A stretch of 64,000 nucleotides of DNA from Candidatus Pacearchaeota archaeon (lineage in GTDB: Archaea > Nanobdellota > Nanobdellia > Pacearchaeales > GW2011-AR1), in contig CAXNIJ010000006.1 of NCBI GenBank assembly GCA_964202455.1, forward strand, positions 5,184-69,183, written 5' to 3'. A model generated the notes under the pieces. It was given only the letters and a program-made list of their open reading frames with translations. It was not told the DNA's origin and searched no databases. Shown piece after piece: positions 19,037 to 28,681 of this stretch. A program made the position numbers and the translations under genes. The first letter of the stretch is position 1, and the number at the start of each line of letters is the position of its first letter.

Positions 19037-22000
19037 ATGAATGAATTTAATGTAGCAATACAGAAAAAAGTAGGACCATGTGTTATTCTTGCTGGTGCTG
19101 GGACCGGAAAGACACATGCAATTGTAGAAAAGATAAAATATTTAATTGAACATAATCTCTATGAACCTGAAAAGATTGTATGTATTACTTTTTCTAATGA
19201 GGCAGCTAATAATTTACTTTTAAGAGTGCAGAAGAGTTTACATTTACAAGCTGGAAAAGAGCCAATTATAAAGACATTTCATGCTTTCTCTGCTGATATT
19301 TTAAGAAAGCATGGAGAGAATATTGGAATTAGTGAAAAATTTAAAATTCTTGATCCTGATCAGGCGATGGTAGTTTTACATAGAAATCTGAAAGTGCATG
19401 TAAATTATTGCCAGAAATATATTGGGACTATTGGAACAGCAAAAGATCTGGGAATTAGTTTAGATAATTTTAGAGAATATCTAGATAGAAAAATGAAAGA
19501 ATATGATGGAATAGATTTACAGAAAAGGATTGAAAGTTTGAATTTCGAACTTCAAACTCTTCATTTAAGACAAACTACAAATAAGAAGAAATTTCTGGTT
19601 GAAGAAATTAAAGTAATTAGGCAGATACTCGAGATAAAGAAATTTGTGTCTTCATGGAATGCCTATGAAAAAATGAAAATAAAAGGAAATTATCAAGATT
19701 ATTCCGATCTCAATGCTAATGCTCTAAGATTACTTGAGAAATTTCCTGAGATTTCTCAAGATTACTCATATGTTATTGTTGATGAATTTCAGGATACAAA
19801 TAAATTGCAGCTTGATTTCCTTGTTAAACTTGCACCCCATAAAAATATTACTATCGTGGGAGATATGAATCAGAGTATTTATCGATTTCGTGGAGCATAT
19901 AGCAAAAATTTAGATTTTTTTAAGAAAGAGTTTAATGTTTTAGATAGTGAAGTATTTACTCTTTCACACTCATATCGCTCTCCAAATAGTGTTTTACGAA
20001 TTGCACATCAATTGATATCAAAAAATTATAATTCAATTGATGAATGTTTTTTTGTTGAGAACGCACATCAAAGAGAAGGAGAGAAGGTAGAAATTTTTGA
20101 ATTGAAAGATATGAAAGAAGAAACTAGAAAGGTGATTGAATTAGTCCAGAGAGAAAGAGATAAGGGGGTTCAACTGGAAGAGATTTGTGTTATTTTTAGA
20201 ACACATCAATACGGGAGAATGATTAAACGTTCACTAGAGTATGCGGGAATTCCATATTATGCAGTTTCTCGTGCTTCATTAATAAAGCAAAAATCTGTAA
20301 AAACTATTTATGATTATTTAATTATTTTGGATAAGTTGAAAAAAGGATCTAATGGAGGAGAACAAGCTTGGTGGGATTTATTATATTTGATGAATTTTTC
20401 TAGTGAAGATTTGATGGTACTTGGAAAGAATATTCAGAAATTGTCTAAGAAGAATAGAAGAGTTGAGGGAGAAACAGTGAAAATTATTGAGAAAGAAGAA
20501 GGCGGTGCGTTTTCCTCTTTATTTATGGATAGTTTGAGAAGAGTTAAATTAAGTGATTCTGGAATGCTCGCTATAAAGATTCTTCTTGAGAAGATACAAC
20601 TTATGATGCCCTTACTTGATAAACCTCTCTCTGAGGCATTACAAGAAATGTATAAACTTTCAGGATTATTAAATGAACAGAGAACTCTTGAAGAAAAAGA
20701 AGTGATGATGAATTTACAGAAATTTTATGACGTTGCTAAAATGCATGAAGACATCTACGATTCTGATGTTTCTAATTTTCTTTATTATTTAGAGGTATTG
20801 CAGAATTTAGGAATTGAAATTGAAGCAGCTAAACTTGAAGAGGCAGGAGTTAGACTAATGACTTGTCATGCTACTAAAGGTTTGGAATATCAAACCATTA
20901 TTTTGACTAATTTTGCTCAAGGAAGATTTCCAATTGAAAGATATATCGGAAATTCACTTATACCTACTGAACTGCTTCCAGAAGTAAGAGAAGAATTGAA
21001 GAACATTTCTGTTGATGAGAAAGAAGATTTTGTGATAAATTATGAAAGACACCATCAGCTTCTAGAAGAGAGGAGACTTGCATATGTTTCATTTACTCGC
21101 GCTAAAGAAAAACTTATTCTTACTCTTGCTAAAGAATATGGTGGGAAGAAGACCTCACCTTCAGTATTTCTTAGTGAATTTAATTATTTGCAAAATCCCG
21201 ATGTTTCTTTTGTAAAAGATGAAAATCAGCTTTATGTTGAACCTGAAGCGGAAATAAAGACCGGATTTCAATTTGCAAATTCTTTAGAATCCCAGAATTT
21301 TGATAATGTTCTTAATACTCTTGCGCAAGAGAATGGAAAGAATAAAGAAGAAGAGAAAGTGCAAAGACTTTCCCCTTCTGCCCTATTACTCTTTGATGAT
21401 TGTCAAAAAGAGTTTGAATATAAGTATATTTATCGAATGCCTGAAAGGAAGACTTTCTCTTGGGAAGCAATGCAACTAGGAAGTTTTGTTCATCTTGCTC
21501 TTGAAAAAGGGGTGGCTTTGAGACTACAAAATATTGAAGACTTCTTGTTTATGGCTAGACAACTAAGCATGAATGATGAATGGTCTGGAGTTGTTTTTGA
21601 AGAAGCAGAGACTTTAATTCGAGTGTTTTTTGAGAGGAATAAGGGCAAATATGATGAGAAGACAAAGACTGAACAATATTTGCCTTTGAAACTGGGAGAC
21701 GTTCAGTTTATGGGTTTTGCAGATAGAATTGATTTTCTTTCAGATGGAAGTATTTCTATTATTGATTATAAGACTGGGAAAACGCCTATCTCTCCCAAAG
21801 ATAGAGATTGGCAGTTAGGATTTTATGCACTTGCTGCTGGAGAGAAATATGGTCGAGTTAAGAAAGTTGTTTTGGATATGTTAAAGCAAGAGAAGCCTCT
21901 TGAATTTGAATTTGATGAAAAAGGAAATGCTACTTGCACCAGTTCAAAGTGGATTGATGGATTTAGTCTGCAAGAGGTTAAAAAGCAATTGATTGAAGCT

Positions 22001-22096
22001 GCTGAGGCGATCCAGAAGGCCTATAAGGAAGGATTTAAGGCTTGCAGTATTGAGAAGAATTGCGAGTTCTGTAATGAATACGTGTACGGCATATAA
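19037..22096 (+). CDS. UvrD/PcrA-type SF1 helicase fused to a C-terminal Cas4/AddB-like PD-(D/E)xK nuclease with a Cys cluster
   Basis: AGAGTGKTH (Walker A), VDEFQDTN, SYRSP, CHATKGLEYQ and VSFTRAKEKL. C-terminus has GFADRIDFLSDGSISIIDYKTGK (nuclease core) plus Cys at LLFDDCQ and C-x5-C-x2-C (CSIEKNCEFC). Confidence 0.85.
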   Translation: MNEFNVAIQKKVGPCVILAGAGTGKTHAIVEKIKYLIEHNLYEPEKIVCITFSNEAANNLLLRVQKSLHLQAGKEPIIKTFHAFSADILRKHGENIGISEKFKILDPDQAMVVLHRNLKVHVNYCQKYIGTIGTAKDLGISLDNFREYLDRKMKEYDGIDLQKRIESLNFELQTLHLRQTTNKKKFLVEEIKVIRQILEIKKFVSSWNAYEKMKIKGNYQDYSDLNANALRLLEKFPEISQDYSYVIVDEFQDTNKLQLDFLVKLAPHKNITIVGDMNQSIYRFRGAYSKNLDFFKKEFNVLDSEVFTLSHSYRSPNSVLRIAHQLISKNYNSIDECFFVENAHQREGEKVEIFELKDMKEETRKVIELVQRERDKGVQLEEICVIFRTHQYGRMIKRSLEYAGIPYYAVSRASLIKQKSVKTIYDYLIILDKLKKGSNGGEQAWWDLLYLMNFSSEDLMVLGKNIQKLSKKNRRVEGETVKIIEKEEGGAFSSLFMDSLRRVKLSDSGMLAIKILLEKIQLMMPLLDKPLSEALQEMYKLSGLLNEQRTLEEKEVMMNLQKFYDVAKMHEDIYDSDVSNFLYYLEVLQNLGIEIEAAKLEEAGVRLMTCHATKGLEYQTIILTNFAQGRFPIERYIGNSLIPTELLPEVREELKNISVDEKEDFVINYERHHQLLEERRLAYVSFTRAKEKLILTLAKEYGGKKTSPSVFLSEFNYLQNPDVSFVKDENQLYVEPEAEIKTGFQFANSLESQNFDNVLNTLAQENGKNKEEEKVQRLSPSALLLFDDCQKEFEYKYIYRMPERKTFSWEAMQLGSFVHLALEKGVALRLQNIEDFLFMARQLSMNDEWSGVVFEEAETLIRVFFERNKGKYDEKTKTEQYLPLKLGDVQFMGFADRIDFLSDGSISIIDYKTGKTPISPKDRDWQLGFYALAAGEKYGRVKKVVLDMLKQEKPLEFEFDEKGNATCTSSKWIDGFSLQEVKKQLIEAAEAIQKAYKEGFKACSIEKNCEFCNEYVYGI

Positions 22097-22210
22097 ATGC
22101 TGTATTCATTACAGTACCTCGAACTTTTAAAAGTGTTGAGGTTTTGTAATAAGTAGGTTTATGGAATGTAAAATTAATCATTGCAAAAAAGCAATATTCA
22201 AAAAGATAAG

Positions 22211-22262
22211 TCAAGAATTCATTTCATAGAATTCTTGAATGCTTCAAGAACCAAAGTTCTTG
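22211..22262. repeat. Two tandem intergenic hairpins of the TCAAGAA/TTCTTGA family
   Basis: TCAAGAATTC-atttcata-GAATTCTTGA and TTCAAGAAC-caaa-GTTCTTGG. Confidence 0.6.
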
Positions 22263-22304
22263 GTAAATAATAAAAAATAAAAATTTATTGGGATTTATAG
22301 AAAA

Positions 22305-22637
22305 TTAAAATCTACGGTTAAAAGATCGTCTTTCTCCGCCGCCGCCTCTATCTCCGAAATCTCTTCGAGGTCCGCGGGGTGCGTTCTCTTCCATAGGTCT
22401 AGCTTCGTTTACAACAATTGCGCGGCCTTCCATTTCTTTGCCGTTCATTTCTTGTACTGCTTTGTCTGCTTGCGCGTCATCTGCAAGTGTGACAAATCCG
22501 AAACCTTTTGATTTTCCAGTATCTCTAAACGAGATAATAGTTGCTTCAACCACTTCGCCATAAGCTGCAAAAAGCCCTTTAAGACTTTCGCCGTTTATGC
22601 TATACGGTAGATTCCCTACATACAGTTTCTTACTCAT
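22305..22637 (-). CDS. RRM-type RNA-binding protein with Gly/Arg-rich tail
   Basis: RNP2 KLYVGNL, RNP1 KGFGFVTL, tail RGGGGERRSFNRRF. Confidence 0.9.
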   Translation of the reverse strand: MSKKLYVGNLPYSINGESLKGLFAAYGEVVEATIISFRDTGKSKGFGFVTLADDAQADKAVQEMNGKEMEGRAIVVNEARPMEENAPRGPRRDFGDRGGGGERRSFNRRF

Positions 22638-22747
22638 GTTCTTATTCTCCTTACAATTCTGTCATCAAGATGTTTATTTCTTGATATATTTTTTGATGAA
22701 AGACAGTATATAAAGATATGTTTTGCAGATTTTTTGTGCTCCCAACG

Positions 22748-23678
22748 GACATATGTCCTACCACCCTAAAATAGCTTATCGAATGCAAAATAAATGTCTG
22801 CTGGGACTTTCCCATACAGACTTGTATGAGGTCTGAAATGATTATATCTCATTCTAAATGTTTGTAAATCATTATTACAAAAGGGCATTTCCATATCCAT
22901 TGTTTGAAACAATCTTTCTACTTTTCCAGTTGTTGTTGGACTATGAATTGCTGAACGAATATGTTTAATCCCTCTTCTTCTACACCAAGTATCAAACTTA
23001 CTTTTCTCACTCGTCAATCCATATACACTTCCATTATCAGTTAAAATTTCTCTTGGTTTTCCATGAGACTTAATCAGTTCATCTAAGGCAATTATCACAT
23101 CATCAGTTGTAATATTCTTTAGTTGAATCAGTGCTAAAGAATATCTGGAGCAATCATCTATGATCGATAGAGTATAGCAGTATCCCTTTTCTTGTTCGTC
23201 TGTATGGTCTATTTGCCATAGAGAGTTAGGATGTTCTCTCTGCCAACGAATATATTTTATGCGTTTTCTCCTTCTTGTTGATGGCCTACATAGGTTGTTA
23301 TTAGATATAACTCGCTTAATAGTAGAAATAGAAACTTCTTCTATTCTTGATTTAATTTTATCAGCACTCCATCCAGTTCTATTTCTGATTGAGATAATTT
23401 TATCTTCAACTTCTTGATTTATCTTATAATGGATAGTTTTTGGTCTTTTTGATTTATCTCTCAAGTCCCATTCATTAGTTTCTAATCTTTTACTCCATCT
23501 TTTTAAAGTTCTTATTGTAACTTCATAACTAAACTTTACAAGAATAATCTTCCTACATGGATTATATGAATTACCTTGAATTCTTAGCTTAAAGAATTCT
23601 TTTCTAATCTCTTCTTTCTTCATTAAATATGAAATAAATCATTGCAGAACTAATTTTCGGTTGCTAGTGACATATGTC
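22748..23678 (-). mobile_element. IS element (IS481/IS3-like, single DDE transposase) with GACATATGTC-containing termini
   Basis: The transposase ORF is flanked by GACATATGTCCTACCACC (left) and the reverse complement of GGTTGCTAGTGACATATGTC (right). This is an imperfect inverted repeat. I found no clear target-site duplication. Confidence 0.55.
22766..23623 (-). CDS. DDE transposase (HTH plus rve integrase core)
   Basis: WQIDHTD, ILTDNGSVY and HSPTTTGKVERLFQT form a D, D, E triad with rve-like spacing. N-terminal HTH-like region. Confidence 0.85.
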   Translation of the reverse strand: MKKEEIRKEFFKLRIQGNSYNPCRKIILVKFSYEVTIRTLKRWSKRLETNEWDLRDKSKRPKTIHYKINQEVEDKIISIRNRTGWSADKIKSRIEEVSISTIKRVISNNNLCRPSTRRRKRIKYIRWQREHPNSLWQIDHTDEQEKGYCYTLSIIDDCSRYSLALIQLKNITTDDVIIALDELIKSHGKPREILTDNGSVYGLTSEKSKFDTWCRRRGIKHIRSAIHSPTTTGKVERLFQTMDMEMPFCNNDLQTFRMRYNHFRPHTSLYGKVPADIYFAFDKLF

Positions 23679-23826
23679 ATGGTCTTACACACTCTTGTTT
23701 TTTAATTGGTAATGAGTCGTAACTTATGAGATTTTATAAAAGCTTAAAATCCTCAAAAATATTTTATGATGTTGTCTTTTCTTAGTTAATCTGCTTGTTT
23801 AAATAGATATTTTACATTAATATATT

Positions 23827-24252
23827 ATGGTATTTCCAGATGTGAGTGTTAATTATCTTGCAGTTCTTGTTGCAGCAGTTGCAAGTATGATTATTGGTGC
23901 TATTTGGTATTCTCCTTCCGTTTTTGGAAAAATTTGGATGAAGGGGTCGGGTATGACAACTCAACAACTTGCTAAGGCAAAAAAGAAAGGAATGGGTAAG
24001 TCTTATTTTATTGCTTTTCTTGGATCGCTGCTTTTTGCTTGTGTATTAGCTCATTTTGTTTTGTATCTTTCAATAGTTGATTTTGCAGGAGCTCTTCAAC
24101 TTGCCCTTTGGACTTGGTTAGGATTCGTTGTTCCCCTTTTAGTTGGAGACACGCTATGGGGTGGAAAGTCTTGGGGAGCATATTTAGTTGGAATAGTTTA
24201 TCAACTTGTTTCTATTTCTGTGATGGCAGTTATTTTGACGCTTTGGATTTAA
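23827..24252 (+). CDS. DUF1761-like small membrane protein
   Basis: YLAVLVAAVASMIIGAIWYSPSVFGKIWMKG start and four hydrophobic segments. Confidence 0.5.
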   Translation: MVFPDVSVNYLAVLVAAVASMIIGAIWYSPSVFGKIWMKGSGMTTQQLAKAKKKGMGKSYFIAFLGSLLFACVLAHFVLYLSIVDFAGALQLALWTWLGFVVPLLVGDTLWGGKSWGAYLVGIVYQLVSISVMAVILTLWI

Positions 24253-24282
24253 GTATTATCTACTATTACTTCGCGTAAATTA

Positions 24283-24840
24283 CTAATTCTTGATGGATGT
24301 ATAGACTGCTGCTGGAGGCAAGTTCCAGGGAACAAAAGAAGTTGTAACATTTCCAAAGATGTTTTTAATATGCTTACGTGATAAAAGAGAATATTGAAAC
24401 TGAACAAACCTTCCTTGTGCTTTAAGCTCAGAGTATGCTGCACCAATAATCTCTTGTTGTATTTTCTTTGAAAGGTTTGTTAGAGGTATTCCTGAAAATA
24501 CGCAGTCTAAGTTGGGAAAACCTTTTTTAGCGAGATGGTGTGAGAGTTCTTGAGCTGGCGCTTGAAAGAGATGGATGCGATCATCATGTATCTGCTCTAA
24601 TTTCTTATAAAATGGGGTGTGGGGTTCAAAGACGAGAAGTTGCGCTTGTGGATGCATTGCAGCTAGTATCTGCCTCGTGATGCTGCCAGTTCCTGCTCCA
24701 AACTCTGCAATAAACCGTGCATCCTCCACTCGCGCCTGCTTAATCATCTTTCTCGCAAGGCTTTTTGAACTAGGAGCTACGGCGCCTACTTTTTTAATGT
24801 TGAAGAGACATTGTAGGAAGAAAGACTCATCATGACTCAT
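24283..24840 (-). CDS. Class I SAM-dependent methyltransferase (small, stand-alone), G+C-rich
   Basis: VGAVAPSS...IAEFGAGTGSITRQIL (motif I), LLVFEP (motif II). ATG at 24840 preferred over the TTG at 24888. 60-nt samples counted 27/60 and 31/60 G+C. Confidence 0.75.
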   Translation of the reverse strand: MSHDESFFLQCLFNIKKVGAVAPSSKSLARKMIKQARVEDARFIAEFGAGTGSITRQILAAMHPQAQLLVFEPHTPFYKKLEQIHDDRIHLFQAPAQELSHHLAKKGFPNLDCVFSGIPLTNLSKKIQQEIIGAAYSELKAQGRFVQFQYSLLSRKHIKNIFGNVTTSFVPWNLPPAAVYTSIKN

Positions 24841-24983
24841 GAAAAGATGATGTAACCGAAGATTATAAATATACCTTATTTTGAGCAAAACTTATAGCTT
24901 ACTGTTCATACATAGTGAGATTAAGAAATAGGATCAACACATTAACAATTAAAGCTTTTTATACCTAAGAAATATCCTTATTT

Positions 24984-25508
24984 GTGAACCAAGTAATCAT
25001 TCAAGCAATAGGTTTTATAGCTCTTCTTTTTGTAATCTTTTCATTCCAAAAAAATAAGAGATTTGCTCTTTTGACAATTATGCTTGTTGGACTATTATTA
25101 TTTGTAGTTCATTACAGTTTGCTGGGTGCTTGGACTGGGGCATTGATGAACTTTATTGAGGCATGGGTAGTTTTTGTGGCTTATAAAAAGGAGACCGAAT
25201 CCTGGGCAAAGCAAAAGTTCTGGCCATATATTTTTATAATTATTTTTATTGCTGCAGGACTTCTTACCTTCAAGACCTCAATAGATTTTTTACCGATTTT
25301 GGCTCAAATCTTTGGAACTATGGCAGTTTGGCAGAAAAATCTGAGAGTCATTAGATTCATTATGCTTGTTCCAAGACCTTTGTGGTTCTTCTATAACTTA
25401 ATTGTTGGTTCTTATGCGGGCATGGTTACAGAGATATTTATTTTCATTTCAATAGTTATTGGAATTGTGCGTTTTGACATTCTAGGTAAATCTCTTAGAA
25501 AAAAATAG
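24984..25508 (+). CDS. YgjV-like inner-membrane protein
   Basis: Five or six hydrophobic segments. IGFIALLFVIFSFQKNKR start resembles the YgjV family. GTG start. Confidence 0.4.
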   Translation: MNQVIIQAIGFIALLFVIFSFQKNKRFALLTIMLVGLLLFVVHYSLLGAWTGALMNFIEAWVVFVAYKKETESWAKQKFWPYIFIIIFIAAGLLTFKTSIDFLPILAQIFGTMAVWQKNLRVIRFIMLVPRPLWFFYNLIVGSYAGMVTEIFIFISIVIGIVRFDILGKSLRKK

Positions 25509-25547
25509 ATAGTGCAATTTAGTACTCAATATAATTTTATAGCTCGC

Positions 25548-25850
25548 TTATCTTCTAAGACGATGTTCATAAGTTTCAAGATCTACTTTCCCATTCTCCA
25601 CATTCACGCTCTCTTGTTTAAGCAAAGCCGCCTTCTTAGGTAAACCTAGTGCATAACCTGTGAGCGCACCTGTACTTCCTACGACACGATGGCAAGGCAC
25701 TTCTGGAGCGTAAGGGTTTTTGTTCATAGCATTTCCGACAGCGCGATATGCTTTTGTCCCCAGTGCTTCTGCCAATGCTTTGTAGGTTGTGACTTTTCCT
25801 TTTGGAACTTTACGTAACAAAGAATAGCATCTTTCGTTAAATGTGAGCAT
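25548..25850 (-). CDS. ogt: O6-alkylguanine-DNA alkyltransferase, single-domain (C-terminal MGMT domain only)
   Basis: VPKGKVTTYKALA...AVGNAMNKNP...VPCHRVV (PCHR active site). Confidence 0.85.
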   Translation of the reverse strand: MLTFNERCYSLLRKVPKGKVTTYKALAEALGTKAYRAVGNAMNKNPYAPEVPCHRVVGSTGALTGYALGLPKKAALLKQESVNVENGKVDLETYEHRLRR

Positions 25851-25927
25851 CTGATAATATACTACCCATAGATTAAATAATTATGCTTAAAAACAACCTT
25901 TTTAAACGTCAATCTCCTTAAAGTGAG

Positions 25928-26665
25928 ATGTATCTTCTCGAGTTTAACGGGATTGAAAAGAGGTATGGAAAAAAAGAAATTTTGAAAAATCTTTCTTTGA
26001 AAATAAAAGAAGGAGAGATTTTTGGATTAATTGGAAGAAGCGGAGAAGGAAAGACAACGCTATTAAAAGTTTTAATTGGAATGACTCGCGCAGATAAAGG
26101 AAAAGTTTATTTTGAAAAAACATTATTGCCCTCAGATCCTTTGTATTTGAGAAGAAAAACTGGTTTTGCAACACAAGAAAATACTTTGTTTGAGGAATTG
26201 ACTATTGCTGAAAATAGTTATTATTTTGGAACTCTTTATGGATTGTCTAAAAAAGATATTAAAGCGAGTTTGCAAGAATTATTAATTCTTCTTGAACTTA
26301 AGGAATTTGAAAATCTTCTTGTGAAAAACCTTTCTGGAGGTATGAAAAAACGAGCTAACCTTCTTGTTTCTCTTATTCATAAGCCGAAGTTACTTGTTTT
26401 AGATGAACCCACTGTTGGTCTAGACCCACTTATAAGAAAAAACATCTGGGAATATATTCATAAAATTAATCAGTCTGGAACTACAATTCTTGTTACATCT
26501 CATATACTCGAAGAAATTGAAAATAATTGTAATCGTATAGGTATACTAAATAAAGGAGAAATGGCTACAGTAGGTACTATTGAGCAATATAAGACTAGTT
26601 ATCCTAAAGCTACATCTTTGAATGATGTTTTTGAAGCTGTTCTAAAACAGGAGCCGATAGAATGA
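25928..26665 (+). CDS. ABC transporter ATP-binding protein
   Basis: GRSGEGKTT (Walker A), LSGGMKKR (signature), LLVLDEPTVGLD (Walker B). Confidence 0.9.
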   Translation: MYLLEFNGIEKRYGKKEILKNLSLKIKEGEIFGLIGRSGEGKTTLLKVLIGMTRADKGKVYFEKTLLPSDPLYLRRKTGFATQENTLFEELTIAENSYYFGTLYGLSKKDIKASLQELLILLELKEFENLLVKNLSGGMKKRANLLVSLIHKPKLLVLDEPTVGLDPLIRKNIWEYIHKINQSGTTILVTSHILEEIENNCNRIGILNKGEMATVGTIEQYKTSYPKATSLNDVFEAVLKQEPIE

Positions 26666-28041
26666 TTGGAACAATTTTTAATAATAACATTAAAACAATA
26701 TCTCGTAATTGGAACTATTTTCTTGTTTTAGTTATTTTTCCAATTATTTTAATTTTACTTGCCGGAACAATGCTTAATTCTGCTAATTTAAATAACATAC
26801 GAGTTGGGCTTGTTAATGAAGGAGAAACTGTCTCACTCGATTTTTCTGGAAAAGTTCAAAATATCTTTCCTCATGCGTCTTTAAGTGACTGTCTTTCTAT
26901 GATGGCTGAAGGAGAAAGGATGATTTGTATTAGGGTTTATACTGTGAATGAGCTGCCAATGATGGATGCGTATCTAGATAATACTAAAAAAGTCATGGAA
27001 TCTTATGCTAAACAATTTTTTTTGGAGACTATATTAGATAAACAAAACATTGTATCTGCTGAAGGCGCTGAGAGTTTTAATTCTAAAATTTCAGTTTTCA
27101 CTAGTTCTTTCTCTAGTGCTAGACAAGAACTAGATAAAAGCTATCAAGAACTGGATAATCAAGAGAAAAATTTATTACAATATCAATCTGAAGTAATTGG
27201 GACTCTTGCAGTTATTCCTAATTCTTCAGCTAATACTCTACTTTTGCTTACGAAAATGAACCAAAATTTGAGCGAATCTATTATCAAAACTCAGAAAGGA
27301 AAGCAAAAAATACTAGAATTACAAAATTCCACGGTTAACGGAGAAAAACAGTTAATGTCTATTAAGAATTCTGTAAGAGATAAAGAAATCATTTATAAGA
27401 TTAAATCCGCTTTTGAAAATTCTCCAAAGAGTCCTGTTGCTCTAGCTTTTCCATTACTTATCGCTTTAATTATTACTTTTACTTCGGTAGTCCTATCTAA
27501 TATTTTTGTGTCAAGACAAACTAATCAACCCAATTATATTAGAACTTTGGTTGCTCCTGTAAAAGATTCTTCTTTTCTTTTTGCAGATTATGCAGTTAAT
27601 TTATTTTTTATGAGTATTCAAGCAGTATTTATTCTTCTTGTCGGAATTTACTTTTTTGAGATAGATATTATTTCTAGCCTTCCCCAGATTTTGCTAGTAA
27701 TCTTTCTTTCTTCTTCAATATTCATTTTCATAGGAATGGCTTTTGGATATTTTTTCAAATCGGAAAACCTTTCAATGCTTCTTTCGATATTTATAGTATT
27801 ATTATTCCAAATTTTCTCTGATCTTTTGGCTCCGACTGCACTGGTTGGTCCACTCGTAGGATTTTTTGTCTCAATCAATCCGTTTGTTATCTTGAGTGAA
27901 CTTCTTGGAGAAATTATTCTTCTTCGAAGTCCTTTAAACGTGCTCGTTTCAGAAATTATGAAATTGATTTTGCTCTTCCTTGTAACTTTGGGAATTATGA
28001 TGGTTGCAAAGAAAATGAGTAAGAATAGAACTCTTTATTAG
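26662..28041 (+). CDS. ABC-2 type permease with large extracytoplasmic loop
   Basis: 4-nt overlap with the ATPase gene. N-terminal TM, ~230-aa loop, then five C-terminal TM segments. Confidence 0.75.
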   Translation: MIGTIFNNNIKTISRNWNYFLVLVIFPIILILLAGTMLNSANLNNIRVGLVNEGETVSLDFSGKVQNIFPHASLSDCLSMMAEGERMICIRVYTVNELPMMDAYLDNTKKVMESYAKQFFLETILDKQNIVSAEGAESFNSKISVFTSSFSSARQELDKSYQELDNQEKNLLQYQSEVIGTLAVIPNSSANTLLLLTKMNQNLSESIIKTQKGKQKILELQNSTVNGEKQLMSIKNSVRDKEIIYKIKSAFENSPKSPVALAFPLLIALIITFTSVVLSNIFVSRQTNQPNYIRTLVAPVKDSSFLFADYAVNLFFMSIQAVFILLVGIYFFEIDIISSLPQILLVIFLSSSIFIFIGMAFGYFFKSENLSMLLSIFIVLLFQIFSDLLAPTALVGPLVGFFVSINPFVILSELLGEIILLRSPLNVLVSEIMKLILLFLVTLGIMMVAKKMSKNRTLY

Positions 28042-28095
28042 TAAATATATCTTTTTCATTACATAAAAGTATTTATTCTCTGAGATATTCTAGAG

Positions 28096-28680
28096 ATGAT
28101 GCACAAAAATTTATTAAATTTTGGATTAGTTGGAATTCTTTTTTTATCTTCGGGATGTTCCGTTTTTAAAGCAATTGATAAAAAATTAACTCAATTTGGT
28201 GAAGCTTTATATGCGCGAGAACAGAATAGATCTGAGAATATTTATAGAAGACAAGGTTATCAAATTATTGAAGGAAGTGATGAAGTTTCTCCTGTGCAGA
28301 TATATTCTAAAACTAATTTAGTTAATAAAAAAGAGGGTACTTTTTTATATTCTTATAATCCCAATTTATATTCTGCAGAGGATACTTGTTTGACATTATC
28401 AAGAGAATTTATAAATGTTATTGGTCAACCGTTTCAAGTAGAAAAGAAGAGAATTTTTTCCTGGGAATTTTCAAGAAAAGAGATTGATTTTGATTCTGGT
28501 GTTCTTTTTTATACTTTAAAAGAGAATGAAATAAAGAATATGGGGGACGGAGTATGGATATATGAATGGTGGGCAGGATTGCCTCCGGATGACGATTCAA
28601 ACTTTTTTGAAGATTTTGGAAAAATATTCACTCGAGACAACTATCGATTGTTGATGAAAGGCAGATTTAGTTACCCATAA
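28096..28680 (+). CDS. Putative lipoprotein
   Basis: Signal with lipobox-like LFLSSGC. Confidence 0.5.
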   Translation: MMHKNLLNFGLVGILFLSSGCSVFKAIDKKLTQFGEALYAREQNRSENIYRRQGYQIIEGSDEVSPVQIYSKTNLVNKKEGTFLYSYNPNLYSAEDTCLTLSREFINVIGQPFQVEKKRIFSWEFSRKEIDFDSGVLFYTLKENEIKNMGDGVWIYEWWAGLPPDDDSNFFEDFGKIFTRDNYRLLMKGRFSYP

Positions 28681-28681
28681 A

